Source of the DNA: an uncultured Mediterraneibacter sp.
GTDB taxonomy: Bacteria; Bacillota; Clostridia; Lachnospirales; Lachnospiraceae
DNA length: 64,000 bases
Direction of reading: 5' to 3'
NCBI GenBank assembly: GCA_934418295.1
Contig: CAKRWZ010000001.1
Location: 1,611-65,610 of the forward strand
Below, in pieces: positions 28,186-37,655 of this stretch. Each line of letters begins with the position of its first letter. Within the stretch, counting starts at the first letter, position 1. The translations under genes were made by a program, and so were the position numbers. A model generated the notes under the pieces. It had not been told where the DNA came from. It saw nothing but the letters and a program-made list of their open reading frames with translations, and made no database searches.

Positions 28186-28884
28186 TTAAATATATTCTCT
28201 AACACCAAAAATGCCAGTTCCGACCCGGACCATCGTGGCTCCTTCTTCTATCGCAACCTCATAATCATTGGTCATCCCCATAGATAATATATCCATATTG
28301 ATATTATCAATGTTTTTCCCTTTAATGTCAACCAATAATTTACGCAATTTTGCAAAATAAAGCCTATTTTCTTCGGGATTTTTAACATTTGGAGCTATTG
28401 TCATGAGCCCGCATATTTTAATATGGGAAAAGGTGGAAATTTTCTGAATTAAAGGCAAAACTTCCTCTGTGTGCACGCCGAATTTGCTGTCCTCTTCCGC
28501 CACATTCACTTCTATCAGTATCTTGACGACACACTGCTTTTTTTCAGCTTCTTTTTCGATCATTTCTGCCAGTCTGAGGGAATCTACGGAATGGATCAGT
28601 TCCGTTTTTCCGATCAGATATTTGACTTTATTTCTCTGCAAATGACCGATCATATGCCATTGGATATCTTCCGGCATCTGTTCATATTTATCGGTCAATT
28701 CCTGCACTTTATTTTCTCCGAATATGCGGATGCCTTCTTTGTAAGCTTCCTCCAGGTCCGGAATCGGTTTTGTCTTGCTGACGGCCACAAGGGTGACTTC
28801 CGAGCGGTCCCGTCCTGCCTTTTCACATGCCTGTCGGATCTTTTTTTCTACTGTCTGTAAATTTTCAGCAATCATCTTTTCCAT
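28186..28884 (-). CDS. yggS: YggS/YlmE family pyridoxal-phosphate homeostasis protein
   Basis: VTLVAVSKTK (PLP Lys), WHMIGHLQRNK, LSMGMTNDYEVAIEEGATMVRVGTGIFG. Confidence 0.92.
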   Translation of the reverse strand: MEKMIAENLQTVEKKIRQACEKAGRDRSEVTLVAVSKTKPIPDLEEAYKEGIRIFGENKVQELTDKYEQMPEDIQWHMIGHLQRNKVKYLIGKTELIHSVDSLRLAEMIEKEAEKKQCVVKILIEVNVAEEDSKFGVHTEEVLPLIQKISTFSHIKICGLMTIAPNVKNPEENRLYFAKLRKLLVDIKGKNIDNINMDILSMGMTNDYEVAIEEGATMVRVGTGIFGVREYI

Positions 28885-28887
28885 CTC

Positions 28888-30273
28888 CTATTGAAATACT
28901 ACTTCATTTTCTTTCACGGTGTTTCCGTTCAATACGATATGATCATAATTGGATAATCCACCTGTCGTTTCATCGCTGATGATATAATACTCATCACTTT
29001 CGCATAAAATATCGATTCGCTTGAATACTGCATAGCCTTTATTCACATTAAATACACCCGATATCTTATCCGCTTCTGTGAGCCGGAAAGTTTCCATGGT
29101 ATCCGGGTCAACCAGTACGGTGTTTGTCTTAAAGAGTGATTTGTCCAGATAACAATAATCTTGCTCTTCAGAGTAGTAAACTGTCCCACAATCCTGAAAT
29201 TTTGCGCTGTCTCCGCTTTGGACCATCACACCTTCCGAAGAACTGTTTCCGCCCAGAGTCATATAATCGGCGGGAACTTTATAATATTCTTTTTCAACAA
29301 CGGCTGTCTTCGGAATCTTTAATCCTTTTGCATCTTCCATGATCAATTCCACATCCAGAAAACGATCTGTTGCGTAACGTATCATGGAATTGTCATAGGT
29401 CAGCTTCGCATAATAAATACTGTTTCTCTTTGAAATTTCCAGATCTGCCCACAGTGTCTGTCCGTCTTTTGAAATCTTTGTCTTGATCATTTCTTTATCT
29501 TGTAAAGCTTTCGCCGTATCTTCGTCGATTTCTGTCACGATAGACCAATTTTCACTGGTGATCAATTTATAAACGGAATCTCCTGCTGTCACCTGGTCCC
29601 CATCATGAAAAGTGACCGTCTGTAAATTTGCCTTCACCAGATCGTTTTCTTTCAAGCTTTCCCAAGTCAGATCTTCATAACCGTCCACATAAAACACTGC
29701 AATTCCATCGCGATTAGATGGGCATACCGTGATCTTGCCGTCTGTATTTTCTGCCAACAAAATGTCCAGCTGAGCTGTCATCGTCTGGTTTCCTGCCGAC
29801 AGTAAAACAGATGAAAGGGTGTCTTTTAAAGAATAGGCTTCCGAAAAGGACGCTTCCTGGAACGTATCACAAAAATTCTGGATATTGGTCAAAATCTCCG
29901 TCTGTTCTTTCTGGGAAAGTGAAAATGTTTCTTCCTGTCCGGAAATTTCAGTGTTTAATTTTTTATCTGAAATCGTATAGACGGAAGTTCCTTTTTTCAC
30001 CTTGTTTCCTTCTGAAGTAAAATAGGTCAGATAACCACTCTCTTCTGCCTTTACGGGCTCTTCTTCCCGCAAGATCAGGCCGGTGTATGTATGATCCTTC
30101 AAAATACTTCCTTCGCGCACTTCATAAATACTGATGTGTTTTGAGGTAAGATAGAGAAAAAAGGTTACCAGCAGATAAATCAGCACGATCACAAAAAGTA
30201 CCACTCCGAAATTGATCTCCCGGCGCTTCCTGAACTTTCTTATATTAATCGATTTTTTCTGTTTTTGTGTCAA
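28888..30273 (-). CDS. Membrane-anchored protein of unknown function (HlyD-like / barrel-sandwich fold suspected)
   Basis: 461 aa. Basic N-terminus followed by one TM helix (GVVLFVIVLIYLLVTFFLYL). The remainder is beta-rich and extracytoplasmic. The family assignment is only an impression. Confidence 0.4.
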   Translation of the reverse strand: MTQKQKKSINIRKFRKRREINFGVVLFVIVLIYLLVTFFLYLTSKHISIYEVREGSILKDHTYTGLILREEEPVKAEESGYLTYFTSEGNKVKKGTSVYTISDKKLNTEISGQEETFSLSQKEQTEILTNIQNFCDTFQEASFSEAYSLKDTLSSVLLSAGNQTMTAQLDILLAENTDGKITVCPSNRDGIAVFYVDGYEDLTWESLKENDLVKANLQTVTFHDGDQVTAGDSVYKLITSENWSIVTEIDEDTAKALQDKEMIKTKISKDGQTLWADLEISKRNSIYYAKLTYDNSMIRYATDRFLDVELIMEDAKGLKIPKTAVVEKEYYKVPADYMTLGGNSSSEGVMVQSGDSAKFQDCGTVYYSEEQDYCYLDKSLFKTNTVLVDPDTMETFRLTEADKISGVFNVNKGYAVFKRIDILCESDEYYIISDETTGGLSNYDHIVLNGNTVKENEVVFQ

Positions 30274-30357
30274 AATATACCTCCGTACATTTTTATGTAT
30301 ATTTTCGGATCAAATAGAAACACTAATATCAGATTTCTTTTAAAGGAGGAAATATAC

Positions 30358-30561
30358 ATGAAATGGTTTGATAATACAGCACTTACCCTGGTGATCATCG
30401 GTGCGGTCAACTGGCTTTTGGTAGGTGTTTTCCGTTTCGACCTGGTCGCGTTTCTTCTCGGTCATATGAGTTGGGCTTCCAGGATCATTTATACGATCGT
30501 CGGATTGTGTGGTCTGTATCTGATCAGCTTGTTCGGACGGATCAACAGTATCTCTGAATAA
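30358..30561 (+). CDS. DUF378 family small membrane protein
   Basis: ATG at 30358 follows AAAGGAGG. ALTLVIIGAVNWLLVGVFRFDLVAFL is the DUF378 signature. Confidence 0.75.
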   Translation: MKWFDNTALTLVIIGAVNWLLVGVFRFDLVAFLLGHMSWASRIIYTIVGLCGLYLISLFGRINSISE

Positions 30562-30565
30562 ATGA

Positions 30566-30594
30566 AGACTCGCTTTCGCGAGTCTCGTTTATTT
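30566..30594 (+). terminator. Rho-independent terminator
   Basis: AGACTCGC-tttc-GCGAGTCT followed by CGTTTATTT. Confidence 0.6.
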
Positions 30595-31636
30595 ATGGGG
30601 ATGTGTTCCCATTCTGCAAAAGCTCTGTCATATTGGAATACAGAATGCTTTTATTCGCTGCACCCATAGCAATTGCGATATATGGCTTTTGGCTATCAGT
30701 ACTTTCTGCATATAAGATCACGCAGCATCCTGCTTCATCTGTTGTTCCTGTTTTTCCGCCGATCACATGTATACCGTCAGGGTCTGCAACTTTACCGGCC
30801 GAATAATAATTGGTCGGTGTCCATTCCCCGCTTTTTACTTCGGTCCCATTGCGCTGAATAGTTCCGACGTAAGAAGTCTCCGAGATGATCTCACGGAACA
30901 GCGGCTGCTGCAGACAGGCATTAAAAATCAGATAAAGATCGTATGCCGTCGCGTAATGATCTGCTTCGTGTAACCCGTGCGGATTGCAAAAATGGGTATG
31001 GGTAGCTCCGAGAGCCTTTGCTTCCCGGTTCATCAATGTCGCAAAATCCTCGACACTTCCGCTGATATGCTCTGCAACAGCGACCGCTGCATCATTTCCG
31101 GAAACAAGGAGCAATCCGCTCAGAAGATCCCGGAGTGTGATCTGATCCCCCGGTTGTAATCCACAGACGGAAGCTGCCGGCTCCAGATCCAGAGCCCGGT
31201 TGCTTACAGTAACGATGTCATCGGGATTTCCATATTTGATCGCCAGATAGGCTGTCATGATCTTTGTCGTACTGGCCGGGTACAGCTTCTGGAACGCTGA
31301 CTGACTGTATAAAACCTTCTGATCGTCCAGGTCAAACAATCCGGCCGCAGACAACGCATCTTTTCCGGAATATCCGGGCAATTCAACGTCTGTATCCGTG
31401 ACACAAAGATCCGATGCAAAAAGCGCGGTCTGATAGGAGGACTGTCGATAATGCTCCTTTGCATATTCCTGAAGATAACCCTCCCCTGCCTGATTTTTTC
31501 CGACACAGCTGACCAGAAGCAAAACCACCAATAAAGCGGCAACAACTACGCCTCCAAGCCTACCGTATCTGTATTTTCTTTTGTGCGTCTTATTTGTACA
31601 TTTCACGCCAATCCAAATCTCCTCTGTCGAGTGCAA
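30593..31636 (-). CDS. D-alanyl-D-alanine carboxypeptidase (serine type, PBP5/6 family), probable lipoprotein
   Basis: SxxK (ASTTKIM), SxN (VSGNDAA) and KTG (GKTGTT) motifs. Lipobox-like LLVSC. The true start is uncertain: the ORF overlaps mgsA by 47 nt, and an in-frame GTG lies at 31606. Confidence 0.82.
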   Translation of the reverse strand: MHSTEEIWIGVKCTNKTHKRKYRYGRLGGVVVAALLVVLLLVSCVGKNQAGEGYLQEYAKEHYRQSSYQTALFASDLCVTDTDVELPGYSGKDALSAAGLFDLDDQKVLYSQSAFQKLYPASTTKIMTAYLAIKYGNPDDIVTVSNRALDLEPAASVCGLQPGDQITLRDLLSGLLLVSGNDAAVAVAEHISGSVEDFATLMNREAKALGATHTHFCNPHGLHEADHYATAYDLYLIFNACLQQPLFREIISETSYVGTIQRNGTEVKSGEWTPTNYYSAGKVADPDGIHVIGGKTGTTDEAGCCVILYAESTDSQKPYIAIAMGAANKSILYSNMTELLQNGNTSP

Positions 31637-31985
31637 GTATCAATGCTTCTGCCGTAGCGATGTTTGTTGCCATCGGGATATTGTAAATATCACAGTTCCG
31701 CAGGATTTCTCCCACATCCGGCTCATGTGAGCTGGGGGTCAGAGGATCCCTGAAAAAGATCATAAGGTCGATATTATTGTTTTCAATCTGAGTAGCCAGC
31801 TGCTGGACTCCGCCCAGATGTCCCGCCAGATATTTATGGATATTCAGATTGGTGACCTCCTCGATCAGACGCCCTGTCGTGTCTGTGGCATAAAGCTGAT
31901 GCTTTGTCAAAATCCCTCTGTATGCGATACAAAAATTCTGCATCAGTTTCTTTTTGGCATTATGTGCAACCAATCCTATTTTCAT
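31590..31985 (-). CDS. mgsA: Methylglyoxal synthase
   Basis: IGLVAHNAKK...ATDTTG...GHLGGVQQ...FFRDPL...HEPDV are canonical MgsA motifs. Confidence 0.93.
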   Translation of the reverse strand: MKIGLVAHNAKKKLMQNFCIAYRGILTKHQLYATDTTGRLIEEVTNLNIHKYLAGHLGGVQQLATQIENNNIDLMIFFRDPLTPSSHEPDVGEILRNCDIYNIPMATNIATAEALILALDRGDLDWREMYK

Positions 31986-32023
31986 CTCTATTCTCCTTTT
32001 CGTTGTTTTCCCGGCGTTTCAAT

Positions 32024-33169
32024 CTATAAAATGCTGATACGACTATGTTTATCCGACTGGAGTCCCACATTTAAAACGAAACCGATCCCGATAAAGAATG
32101 TGATGACTGAAGTCAATCCGTAGCTTACAAATGGCAGTGATAAGCCGGTATTTGGAAAAATCATGGTAGCCACACTGATATTGATAAAACTCTGTATTCC
32201 GATCAGTGCGGCAACTCCTCCGCAAATAAGCCGCCCTCCGCTGTCTCTGGCATTCCGCCCGATTAGTATGCATTCAATTACTATTAATAATAACAAAATT
32301 ATGACGATACAACAACCCACAAATCCTAATTCTTCTCCGATAATCGCAAAAATAAAATCGGTCTGCGGCTCAGAAATAAAGTTTCCGTTTTTCACAGAGG
32401 TCGTCGTGTTATTGTTCAGTCCTTTTCCGGTCAACTGACCGGATCCGATCGCCATGACCGAATTCAGCTGCTGATAAGCATCCTCTGTTTTATACTTTTC
32501 CGGCTCCAGCCAGGCCAAAATACGTTTCTGCTGATAAGGCTCGACTAATTTTTGATCCGGCTGCACCACGATACTGAGGAAGATCACGGCCACCGGCACA
32601 ACTATGGCAAACACGGTACCAATAATACGGTAGCTCAGCCCGCCCAGGTACAAGATAAAGCAAAACAGAGCTGCCAGGCAGATTGTATTGGAAAGATTCG
32701 GCTGCTTATAGATCAGAGCCAGGGACGGCAGAATCAGTCCGATCGCTTCCAAAATCGTTTTTTTATTGCGGATCTTGTGCTCTCTTTCCATCAAAAATTT
32801 TGCATAAAACAGAATCGTAATGATTTTTGTCAGGTCCGACGGCTGAAACCTGGTAAATCCCAGATCCAGCCAGCGCTTTGCACCGTTTACCTCCACGCCG
32901 AAAAAGAATACCGCGATCAGAAGAATGATATTCAGAACATACAAAAGCCAATAAAGGTTCAGGACCCATCTGTAATCAATCAACGAAATGACCACCATCA
33001 GGATCACACCGAGTACCACTCCTATAATTTGCTTACTCTGCACGGATTCCTGTGCACTTCCCACCACAAGGATCCCAAGGATCGACAAAATGAGAACCAG
33101 TATGACCAGTGAAAACTTATAATCTCTCAGTCGGTATCTTCTGAAAAAACGTGTGATTTTCTGCTTCAA
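32024..33169 (-). CDS. rodA: FtsW/RodA/SpoVE family peptidoglycan glycosyltransferase (RodA by context)
   Basis: 381 aa, polytopic. QPSDLTKI and SEPQTDFIFAIIGEELGF motifs. Located in the mre-min cluster. Confidence 0.88.
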   Translation of the reverse strand: MKQKITRFFRRYRLRDYKFSLVILVLILSILGILVVGSAQESVQSKQIIGVVLGVILMVVISLIDYRWVLNLYWLLYVLNIILLIAVFFFGVEVNGAKRWLDLGFTRFQPSDLTKIITILFYAKFLMEREHKIRNKKTILEAIGLILPSLALIYKQPNLSNTICLAALFCFILYLGGLSYRIIGTVFAIVVPVAVIFLSIVVQPDQKLVEPYQQKRILAWLEPEKYKTEDAYQQLNSVMAIGSGQLTGKGLNNNTTTSVKNGNFISEPQTDFIFAIIGEELGFVGCCIVIILLLLIVIECILIGRNARDSGGRLICGGVAALIGIQSFINISVATMIFPNTGLSLPFVSYGLTSVITFFIGIGFVLNVGLQSDKHSRISIL

Positions 33170-33381
33170 TTTCTTTCTCCTGTCAATGAAATCTGTATAT
33201 CTGACCGATTGATCTTCACATGAAAATCTTCTGGTTTCAGCTCAATATATTTTGAAATCGTCAAATACACGTCTTTGGTAAAATGTTCCGTCATATCCGG
33301 TGTACATTGGATTCTGTCCGCAATCAGTAAGGTTTTTAACCTGTCTTTTGCAATTTTTACAGAGGATACACTCATGAACAT
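33166..33381 (-). CDS. minE: Cell division topological specificity factor MinE
   Basis: 71 aa. AKDRLKTLLIADR motif. Immediately downstream of minD. Confidence 0.85.
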   Translation of the reverse strand: MFMSVSSVKIAKDRLKTLLIADRIQCTPDMTEHFTKDVYLTISKYIELKPEDFHVKINRSDIQISLTGERN

Positions 33382-33388
33382 TTCCTCC

Positions 33389-34180
33389 CTAATTTTTTCG
33401 GAACAAATGTGTCACGCGGGAAATCAGGCTCTCCGGCTTGCTGTAATCCGGGAAAGGCCTTTCCTCTCCAAGAAGCCGATGGGCGACATCTTCAAAGGCT
33501 TTTCCTGCCAGTCCGTCAGATGCATACAAGGGCTCTCCCTGGTTGGTTGCGATGACTACTTTTTCGTCATCCGGTATCACCCCCAGCAGATCAACAGCTA
33601 AGATATCAGTGACATCTTCCACCGACATCATGTCTCCCCGTCTGACCATTTCGATCCGCAGCTTATTTATGATCAACTCGATTTTTCGAATACCTTCCGA
33701 TTCCAACAGTCCTATGATTCGATCTGCATCCCGTATGGCAGACACTTCCGGGGTCGTCACCACCACCGCCCGATCTGCTCCGGCAATGGCATTGCGGAAT
33801 CCCTGTTCGATCCCGGCCGGGCAGTCGACCAAAATATAATCAAAATCCTCTCTCATATCGTCAGCCAATTTTCTCATTTGTTCCGGCGTTACGGCTGATT
33901 TATCTTTTGTCTGGGCAGAGGGGAGCAGATACAGAAACGGGAAACGATTATCTCTGACCAGAGCCTGCTTCAATCTGCAGTTCCCATCGATAACATCGAC
34001 CAGGTTGTAGACGATCCGATTTTCCATTCCCATAACGACGTCCAGATTCCGAAGGCCAAGATCGGTATCGATCACAGCAACCTTTTTGTCCGCCTGTGCC
34101 AGCCATGTACCAATATTCGCTGTCGTTGTGGTTTTGCCCACACCGCCTTTTCCTGACGTAATCACAATCACTTCTCCCAT
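33389..34180 (-). CDS. minD: Septum site-determining ATPase MinD
   Basis: VITSGKGGVGKTTTTAN deviant Walker A motif, and DCPAGIE. Confidence 0.95.
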   Translation of the reverse strand: MGEVIVITSGKGGVGKTTTTANIGTWLAQADKKVAVIDTDLGLRNLDVVMGMENRIVYNLVDVIDGNCRLKQALVRDNRFPFLYLLPSAQTKDKSAVTPEQMRKLADDMREDFDYILVDCPAGIEQGFRNAIAGADRAVVVTTPEVSAIRDADRIIGLLESEGIRKIELIINKLRIEMVRRGDMMSVEDVTDILAVDLLGVIPDDEKVVIATNQGEPLYASDGLAGKAFEDVAHRLLGEERPFPDYSKPESLISRVTHLFRKN

Positions 34181-34219
34181 TTGTTACCTCCTGTGATTTC
34201 TGATCATCATTTTGCTGTT

Positions 34220-37090
34220 TTAATCTCCGTGGATCGCAGTTCCCAATTCAGCCGCCCTGCCGCGGATGATCGTATTGATATCTGCCGTCTTGTATTTGCA
34301 CCGTATGATATCTCTTCCGATTTCTGCCGTATACGCGGAGCTGTATCCGTTGGCGATACGGACCGCAACGGCGATCTCCGGGTTGTCTGCAGGAGCATAT
34401 CCGACAAACAACGCATGATCCGGATGTGTATCACTTTGCTGTGCGGTTCCCGTCTTACCGGCGATGGTAATATCTCCGATGCCCACAAAAGTAGAAGAAC
34501 TTTTTACCATATCTTCCATCCCCTGCTGGATCAAATTCCAGGAAGAAGAAGAGATTTTTTCGATCTTATGTGCGACCGTTGGTTCGTTTTGCTGGATCAG
34601 CTTTCCGTCAACATCTGTTATTTTGTCTAAAAGCGTCAGATCATACACTGTTCCCCGGTTTGCCACAGCCGCCACGTACCGATTCAGCTGGCTGACCGTA
34701 TAGTTGTGGGTACCTTGTCCGATGGCAGATGGAACGCCGGCCTCATCTGATATCTGTGGGGAAGACTCCGGGATCTCGATTCCTGTGGTCTCTCCCAGTC
34801 CGAATTCTTCTGCATAAGAAGCAAGCTTTTTCACACTTCGGTCGCTGGAAAAGTCTCCGTTTTCATCCAGTCCCAGCTCATAACCCACTTCATAGAAAAA
34901 GTTGTTGCAGGAAACGGCAATGGCATTGACCACGTTCAGCCCACCATGGGCACCCGGATAGATCCAACATTTAGGATTTGGAGATACTTTGTCATAAACG
35001 CCTGTACAGTTGAATATGGTATCAGTACCTTTGATAATTCCTTCCGTCAGACCTGCCGCAGAAGAAACCATTTTAAAAGTGGAACCGGGAGCCGTCTTTT
35101 CCTGAGTTGCGTTGTTATAAAACGGACGGGAAATTCCGGTCACCAGTTGATTGTAATAAGCAGAATCCATTACATTTGCCAGGCGGTTATTGTCATAGCC
35201 CGGATAGGAGACACATGCCAAAACTTCTCCGGTGTTAACATCGCTGATCACCACGGAACCGGTACAAGGTTCCAGGCCCAGCTGTCCCGGCGTAATCTCA
35301 AGATTACTGATCTTTCCGATGACCCACGCATAGGCATCCCCTCCGGAAAGCAATCCGTTGTAAGTACCTTCATCCATAGGCAGGATTCCCTGTTCGTACA
35401 CAGAAGCACAAATCAGTGCTCCGGATACTCCACCTGATTTTATAAGATATTTATATAAAAGTTTGTCGAAATCACTATCTGTTTTCAAATATTCCTGCAG
35501 AAAATTCAAAAGGCCCTGATAAACTTCGGCAGAATCCGTATATTTTCCTTCTTTGACGTAATCGCTCAATTTTGAAGTATCCAGCCAGTTCTGGGAGATC
35601 GCGTAATTCAGATAGGTGTTCAGGCTGATGCTCTCGTCCTTTGCCCACTGCTTGTACACAGAATCAGAAGTGTCAATGGCCGAATTGTCCAAGATCCCCA
35701 CATCCGTTGTCAGAAGGTCAGACACAATATAATTGATATAGCCTTGCATTTCCCGAGAAAGATCTTTGTAAGCGGCTCCGCTCGGATCCGAAAGATAAGA
35801 TTCGATTTCCTGGATAACGGCTTCTTTTCGGGCAGAAAAAGTGGCATAAATCTGCTTTTCTGCACTTCCTGCCTCATCCTCTGCAAAATGTGACATATCC
35901 AGGATCTCATTTCCGATAAATGCATAATAGACGTCTCCGGCCGGAATCCTGATATTTGTTGTGCTGCTTTCGGCAGAAGGATCATAATCCAGAGTATTGC
36001 TTATTTTATTGACCAGAATACCCGCAAGCTTTTCTTCCAACAGCTTGTAAGCCTGTTCCTGCAGGTCTTTATCGATCGTAAGATACACGTCATTCCCGGC
36101 TTTAGGATCTTTCTGGCTGACTGTTTCGGTGACTTTTCCCACCGAATCTACATAGACACTGACTTCTCCTTTCGTTCCCTGCAGGACCTCATCATAAACC
36201 TGCTCCAGACCGGACTTCCCGACGATATCCGTCAGGGAATATTTCTTCTTCGTCTCCTTGTCCAGCGCATCGTATTCCTCCTGAGAGATCTTTCCGGTAT
36301 AACCGATCATATTGGCAAAATATTTACTGTCGGTATAACGGCGCAGTGACTCTTCAGCGATGTCTACACCCTCCAGCTGGTCAATGTTTTCTTTGATCGA
36401 TACTACGGTCTCATCGCTGACATCGTAGGCCAAAGTGGTCGGAATATACTTCTGGTAACTGTTCAGGCTGATGGCATACCGCATATTGACCAGCTTCAGG
36501 ACATGCTCCTTCTCCAGCTTCTTGGTGTTGATGCCATATCCATAGGAAGTATTGCTGGTGCAAAGATACTCGATGATGTCATCGGCCGACATGTTCTTCT
36601 GCTTATCCGAAAGATCATCAATGGTCCGTTTTCCCATAACATCTGCAACAAAACGGAGCCTCTGGGTCTCAGAAGACTGGTTAAATACATAGTTGCCCTG
36701 TTTATCCAGAATAATCCCGAAATCATTGATCACCGAATCCCCGTGGGATTCTACGATGGAAATGATCTTTTCCAGGATCTCGTTCAAGAGCTTATTCTTT
36801 TCCTTTCGACTGTCACTGGTGATATTATCCTCGATGGTCACCGAATATGCCAGCTCGTTATAAGCCAGCAGGTTTCCGTTGCGGTCATAAATATTTCCCC
36901 TGGTACCTGCTATGGAACGGGTCTTCATGATCTGCAATTTATAATTTTCCAGATAATCTTTTCCTTTTACGATCTGCAGGTAAAAAAGCCGATACAGAAG
37001 AATGATCGACAATAAGCAAAACACGACGATACTTACCAGCATTCTGGACTGAAGGATATCGTGGATCGTTTCTTTGATTCGTTTAAACAA
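34220..37090 (-). CDS. mrdA: Class B penicillin-binding protein 2 (MrdA-like) with an enlarged N-terminal module
   Basis: TM anchor plus RLFYLQIVKGKDY. Transpeptidase motifs STFK, SCN and KTGTA. Start proposed at TTG 37090 (AAGGAG 9-11 nt upstream, 8-nt overlap with the mreD stop). The ORF is open up to 37171. Confidence 0.85.
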   Translation of the reverse strand: MFKRIKETIHDILQSRMLVSIVVFCLLSIILLYRLFYLQIVKGKDYLENYKLQIMKTRSIAGTRGNIYDRNGNLLAYNELAYSVTIEDNITSDSRKEKNKLLNEILEKIISIVESHGDSVINDFGIILDKQGNYVFNQSSETQRLRFVADVMGKRTIDDLSDKQKNMSADDIIEYLCTSNTSYGYGINTKKLEKEHVLKLVNMRYAISLNSYQKYIPTTLAYDVSDETVVSIKENIDQLEGVDIAEESLRRYTDSKYFANMIGYTGKISQEEYDALDKETKKKYSLTDIVGKSGLEQVYDEVLQGTKGEVSVYVDSVGKVTETVSQKDPKAGNDVYLTIDKDLQEQAYKLLEEKLAGILVNKISNTLDYDPSAESSTTNIRIPAGDVYYAFIGNEILDMSHFAEDEAGSAEKQIYATFSARKEAVIQEIESYLSDPSGAAYKDLSREMQGYINYIVSDLLTTDVGILDNSAIDTSDSVYKQWAKDESISLNTYLNYAISQNWLDTSKLSDYVKEGKYTDSAEVYQGLLNFLQEYLKTDSDFDKLLYKYLIKSGGVSGALICASVYEQGILPMDEGTYNGLLSGGDAYAWVIGKISNLEITPGQLGLEPCTGSVVISDVNTGEVLACVSYPGYDNNRLANVMDSAYYNQLVTGISRPFYNNATQEKTAPGSTFKMVSSAAGLTEGIIKGTDTIFNCTGVYDKVSPNPKCWIYPGAHGGLNVVNAIAVSCNNFFYEVGYELGLDENGDFSSDRSVKKLASYAEEFGLGETTGIEIPESSPQISDEAGVPSAIGQGTHNYTVSQLNRYVAAVANRGTVYDLTLLDKITDVDGKLIQQNEPTVAHKIEKISSSSWNLIQQGMEDMVKSSSTFVGIGDITIAGKTGTAQQSDTHPDHALFVGYAPADNPEIAVAVRIANGYSSAYTAEIGRDIIRCKYKTADINTIIRGRAAELGTAIHGD

Positions 37091-37634
37091 ATGTACTTGC
37101 ACTCCTTTTTTCTTCTGCTTCCAGTCTGCGGTTGATCTTCCGCAGCAAAGGATACAGGATGAAAGCCGCAATAGTAGTATATATGACCTGTGGCAGTATA
37201 ATATGTTTCAAATAGTACAAAAACTGAAATTCACTGTTTAAAAGAAACCGAAAAACATATATCAGGATCCCGTATAAAAATTCGCTGATCCCGATAGAAA
37301 TGACCGGTAATTTGATCTCTTCGTAAAAAAACAGATGCTTCAGAAAGCCGTTCAGGTATCCGATCACCATGTAAATAAGAGCGTAAAAGCCCAAAAGAAC
37401 TCCGAACTGTACGTCCACTAACAGCCCGGAAAAGAATCCGGTCAAAAGTCCTTCTTTTCTTCCTCGCATGATTCCGATCCCCGCCGTCAGGATCATGAGC
37501 AGATCCGGTTTGATGCTTCCCAGTGAAAGCGTGGAAAACAGCGTACATTGCAGGGAATAAAAAATCAGGAGGAGAATCCCTGTAATCAATGGTCTGCGGA
37601 TCTTCCGCCATATTTTTCTGCGCTTATTTGGCAT
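37083..37634 (-). CDS. mreD: Rod shape-determining protein MreD
   Basis: 183 aa, 5-6 TM helices. Follows mreC. Confidence 0.8.
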   Translation of the reverse strand: MPNKRRKIWRKIRRPLITGILLLIFYSLQCTLFSTLSLGSIKPDLLMILTAGIGIMRGRKEGLLTGFFSGLLVDVQFGVLLGFYALIYMVIGYLNGFLKHLFFYEEIKLPVISIGISEFLYGILIYVFRFLLNSEFQFLYYLKHIILPQVIYTTIAAFILYPLLRKINRRLEAEEKRSASTFV

Positions 37635-37655
37635 CGGTTCTCTCCCTCTTATTCC

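Noticed and set aside
34181-34630. 149-aa plus-strand ORF next to minD, considered as a possible hidden minC.
   Set aside because: It is on the wrong strand for the operon, antisense to the PBP2 C-terminus, and bears no resemblance to MinC domains.
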